This document shows positions 59,842-64,000 of a DNA stretch of 64,000 nucleotides, in pieces (positions within the stretch are counted from its first letter, which is position 1; every line of letters starts with the position of its first letter). The notes beneath the pieces are model-generated. The model ran no database searches and had not been told where the DNA came from. It worked only from the letters and a program-made list of their open reading frames with translations. The translations under genes were made by a program, and so were the position numbers. This stretch comes from Dictyostelium discoideum. Taxonomy: Eukaryota. The DNA lies in contig CM000152.2 of the NCBI GenBank assembly GCA_000004695.1, forward strand, positions 3,904,001-3,968,000. Reading direction: 5' to 3'.

Positions 59842-61636
59842 CACAAACAATCGATATAATGAAGAATATGATAATGAAAATGATGATAATGATAATTATG
59901 AAGACGATGACGATGATGATGAATATTCAGATGCAAATAGTGATAATATATCAAACAATAATAATACAACCACTTCTAAAAAACCAACAAATATAATATC
60001 ACCAACAACATCAACATCATCTAATGAAACTGAGGATTGGTTATCAAAGATGTCAATGGATATTACATCTGATGGTCAAATTATGGTTATTGGTGGTGGA
60101 GGTAATGGTGCAATTGGTACAGGCTTAGCATTAATTTTACAAAAGAAACAAAATGATCCAACATCACAATGGAGAACAACTATTACATTAGATCATCAAA
60201 CTCAAAATGGTACTGATAGAATTACTTCAATACAATTCGTACCAATCAATTCACATATAATTAATTATGTTGTTGCTATTGGTTATACTTCTGGTTATTT
60301 AAGAGTTTTTTCAATTGTAATTATAATATATATAATAAATAAATAATAATAATAATAATAATGTATATATTTACTAATATTTATTTATATAATAATATTA
60401 TTATTATTATTATAGCAAGGTAATTTATTATTATCACAACTATTTTATAATAAACCAATTTTAAAGATTAAAGTCAAGAATACAAGCATATTACCTATTG
60501 GTGATATAATGGTACAACCAAAGTATTTAGTGCATGAATTAACTTTGGTGTACCCTGATAATATAGTTGTAAATATATCTGGTTTAACTTTTATTTCAGT
60601 AATACAAGTTTGTTTAAATCAAAGAAATGGTGGTGGTGGTGGTGGTGGTGGAGGTGAAAACAATTTATCATTTAAAAAATGGACATTAGGTAATTCAGTT
60701 GATAGAATAAATGATGTTACTTTTTGTGGTCCATTCTTAGGGTCACCATTTAGAGCATTACCATATAGTACAACAGAACAATCTATGATTAGACTTGTAG
60801 GTGTTGGTAGTAACCCAATGATTTCATTTTATTATCCAACTGAAGATGGTGGTTCATCATTTTCAATTATGATTTCTTCAATAACTTCAAGATTAACAAC
60901 TGCTGTATTTTCATATGCTAAAAATTGGTGGGGTGGAAAACAAGACCAACAACAACAACAGCAACAACAACAACAACAGCAACAAAGACAACCACATCAA
61001 GAAAAACCAGTACCTTTAGCATTAAGATGGGCAATAACAGATTTCAAAAGAGAGATTATTTCAATTAATATTGACCCAAGTGGTAGATATGCAATAAGTA
61101 CTGATAATTTAGGTCGTGTATTATTAATTGATCTTGTAAATAGTTTAGTTGTAAAAATATGGAAAGGTTATCGTGATTGTCAATGTGGTTTTGTAAGTGT
61201 AGTTGAAAATAATAATAATAATAATAATAACAGTGATAATGAAAATAATGAAAATAATGAAAATAATGAAAATAATGAAAATAATGAAGATTTAGAAGAT
61301 TTTATACCAAGAAAACTTTTAAAGAAATCTTCATCAACATTACAATCACGTACATATTTAGTAATTTATTTAGGTCGTAGAGGTATTTTAGAGATTTGGG
61401 GCTTAAAACATCGTTCAAGAGAATATTTTAAAACTATTGGTAAAGGTTGTAAATTAATTTCAACTACAACTCCCTCAATCTTTCAAAATCAGTCCACATC
61501 ACAAAATTTAAGAAATAGTGGTGGTGCAATTAATATATCTAATATCCCTCAATATAATATTAGTGAAGGTCAATCTCATTGTTTCATACTTTATACTGAT
61601 GGTTCAATAAAAGAAATTAAATATAATTATCAATAA
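59633..61636 (+). CDS. Rab3-GAP regulatory (non-catalytic) subunit N-terminal-domain protein, 2 exons: join(59633..60316,60416..61636)
   Basis: GTAATT donor at 60317 and tattatAG acceptor at 60414-15, both phase 0. LLIDLVNSLVVKIWKGYRDCQCGF and YLVIYLGRRGILEIWGLK match the RAB3GAP2 N-domain blocks (VRMWKGYRDAQ, VIYAPRRGILEVW). Confidence 0.7.
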
Positions 61637-61692
61637 TAATAATAAATTAATTAATAAATTTAAATCAAAACAAATAATAAATTATGCTTTCT

Positions 61693-61728
<36 letters not shown>

Positions 61729-62823
61729 ATCTGAAATATTAAAAATCAGAACCTTTAACACATATAAACTCAAAAAAAACCTGCAAATATTGAAAAATCT
61801 ATTAATAAATTTATACACACACACAAAAAGATAAAAAAAATAAAATAAAAAAAATAAAAAAAAATAAAAAAAAAATAAAAAAATGGAATATGTAACTTAA
61901 TCTGGATTTTTAAAAAAATAAAAAAAATAAAAAAAAATGAAAAATAAAAAAAAATAAAATAAAATAAAAATAAAAAAATTTAAAAAAAAAAAAAAAAAAA
62001 AAGGGTTTTTTTTTTTTTTAAATTTTTGTTTTTTTTCACAAATATATTGCAAATCAAAGAACTCATCGGATGAAAACTTTATAACTAAACCATTATTTAA
62101 ATTTTGTATAGTAATAAATATATAATAAAAAAAATCAAACAAAATACAATATAGTAAAAGTAAATATTTAAAAGACTTTAATAATTTATTGGGATTGTTA
62201 TTTTACATATAACTTTTTTTTTTTTTTTATTTTTTGTTACAAGCATAATTTTTTTATTTTTTATTTTTTTTATTTTTTAATTTTATTTTTTTATTTTTTT
62301 TATTTTTTTTTTTTTCTCAAAAAAAAAAAGTAATATTGTTTACTATATATATATATGTATTATAATTTTAAATTGATGATAATAATAATATAAAAACAAA
62401 TAAACAAATAAACAAAGAAAAAAAAAAAAAAAAAAAAAAAAAAATTTAAAAAAATTTTTTAAAAAAAAAAAAGTATCAGCATATGTGAACAATAAAGAAT
62501 ATAACATGATATTATTTTTAGAAAAATTTTTTTCATTTTCATAAAAAAATTAAAAAAAAATTTTTAAAAAAAAAAAAATAACCGTTGGGTGGGAATTGTC
62601 TCTCGACACATATTCTCATGTGTCAAAACAATTAAAAAAAAAAAATAAAAAATAAAAAAAAAAATAAAAAATAAAAAAAAAAATAAAAAATAAAAAAAAA
62701 GAAAAACAAATTACAACCCACACCCTTAATTAATGGTAATAATATAAATAATAGTAATAATAAAAATAAAAATAATAATATTAATAATAATTTAAAAAAT
62801 AAAAAAAAAAAAAATTTATTTTC

Positions 62824-62863
<40 letters not shown>

Positions 62864-63218
62864 ACAAACACAAAAGCAACATTCCAAAAAATTTTTTTTT
62901 TTTTTTTTTCTTTTCATTTTTTATTTTATCAAAACAAAATCTAAATTTTTTTTTTTATTTTATTTTTTATTTTTTTTTTTTTGTAAATTTTTATTATTTT
63001 TTTTATTTATTTTTATTTTATTAGTTATTTTTATTATTTTTATTTATTTATTTTTTTAATAAATATTAATATAAAATTTTGAAGATTTAAAAAAAAAAAA
63101 GCAGAAAAAAGTAATAAAACACAAATTGGGGAAATTTCATACCCATAATATATTTATATCTAAATTATATAAATCTTATATATATTTATATATTAACACT
63201 TAATAAATAAATTATAAA

Positions 63219-63250
<32 letters not shown>

Positions 63251-63276
63251 AAAAAAGATAATAATAATAAAAAGAT

Positions 63277-64000
63277 ATGAAAAGAAATAGAGATGATAAT
63301 AATGGTTCACCAACGAATCCAACAACACTACCACCATTATCACCAACTTTATCACCTCCATCACCACAACAAGGGGCAAATATATCAAAATTAACTTCAC
63401 CACCTGGTGGACCAAATACACTTCCATCATTTTCATTCCCACCATCATCAAATACAACTTCATCTATTTCCTCACCAACTTCTCCAATTGAAAGAGTTAC
63501 TGAAATAAATAGTAGTAGTAATAATAATAATAATAATAACAACAATAATAATAATAATAGAAGTAGTCATGATCGTATTTCACCAACAGCATTATCATCA
63601 CCACCACCATCAACTAGTAGTTTAAATTCATTGATTAGTCCAACTAATTCATCAAGTTCCTCGATTTTGGATACTGACTCTAAATTTACAACAAAAAGAA
63701 ATATGATTTTACCATCTGCTAAAAATACATTAAATGATGATAATACAGCTGATTTACCATATGGTAGAAGAGTAGGTGATGGGGAAAGAAGTATAATAGA
63801 TAGAGGTGGGGGAGGAGGTGGAGGTAGTGGAGATAGAGAGGGTTCATATGGTGGTCACCATTTCCCACCAAGAGTTGGAATTTTGAGCGAGAGAGAAAAA
63901 GATCGTGAACGTGATCGTGAGCGTGAAAGGGAACGTGAAAAAGAACGTGAGCGTGAGAGAGAACGTGAGAGTTCAATTTCACCTTTAAATAGTCATCAAC
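63277..64000 (+). CDS. 5'-partial-window Ser/Pro-rich protein with C-terminal (RE/RD)n tract; continues past the window end
   Basis: ATG in A-rich context at 63277. Open frame runs to the window edge: MKRNRDDNNGSPTNPTTLPPLSPTLSPPSPQQGANISK...REKDRERDRERERERE.... The minus-strand ORFs here are antisense artefacts. Confidence 0.55.
   Translation, partial: MKRNRDDNNGSPTNPTTLPPLSPTLSPPSPQQGANISKLTSPPGGPNTLPSFSFPPSSNTTSSISSPTSPIERVTEINSSSNNNNNNNNNNNNNRSSHDRISPTALSSPPPSTSSLNSLISPTNSSSSSILDTDSKFTTKRNMILPSAKNTLNDDNTADLPYGRRVGDGERSIIDRGGGGGGGSGDREGSYGGHHFPPRVGILSEREKDRERDREREREREKERERERERESSISPLNSHQ

Noticed and set aside
63186-63982. Minus-strand ORFs at the 3' end of the window
   Set aside because: They are antisense to the + strand S/P-rich gene starting at 63277, which has proper ATG context and an (RE)n tract.

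Overview
This window is eukaryotic nuclear DNA that is extremely AT-rich, with the hallmarks of Dictyostelium discoideum or a close dictyostelid. These are roughly 90% AT intergenic sequence, short AT-rich introns with GTAAGT/GTATGT/GTAATT donors, 13-31 nt micro first exons, and long poly-Asn/poly-Gln tracts encoded by (AAT)n and (CAA)n. There is no prokaryotic signal (no CRISPR, operon or IS element) and no convincing tRNA or rRNA gene.

I can support about 32 protein-coding loci, with exon structures inferred from frame continuity and splice motifs. Those with a recognisable product are:
- an F-box + TBC Rab-GAP protein
- a PH-domain PKB/Akt-like AGC kinase whose frame is broken by one in-frame TAA
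- a uridine/purine nucleoside phosphorylase
- a RING-HC finger protein
- the meiotic Hop2/TBPIP homologue
- an ERGIC3/Erv46 homologue
- the Mps1/TTK checkpoint kinase
- a zinc-type MDR alcohol dehydrogenase
- a 4-exon HKD phospholipase D
- an endonuclease/exonuclease/phosphatase (EEP)-family protein
- a Rab3GAP non-catalytic-subunit N-domain protein
- several secreted, membrane or low-complexity hypothetical proteins.

The most striking structure is an 11.7-kb head-to-tail array at 24.5-36.3 kb. It holds 11 small two-exon genes (10 intact, 1 frameshifted) encoding ~80-100-aa Gly/Ser/Cys-rich proteins that look like the HssA/2C/7E family. Every copy has a 13-nt first exon (MTLF plus one base). 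Two protein subtypes are interleaved, and each copy carries a conserved G-rich (G-box-like) motif ~310-400 bp upstream.

Several GC-richer islands inside AT deserts look like unannotated small ncRNA genes. One has a DUSE-like TCCCATAA element about 60 bp upstream.

Position 5226-5325 is a 100-N assembly gap.
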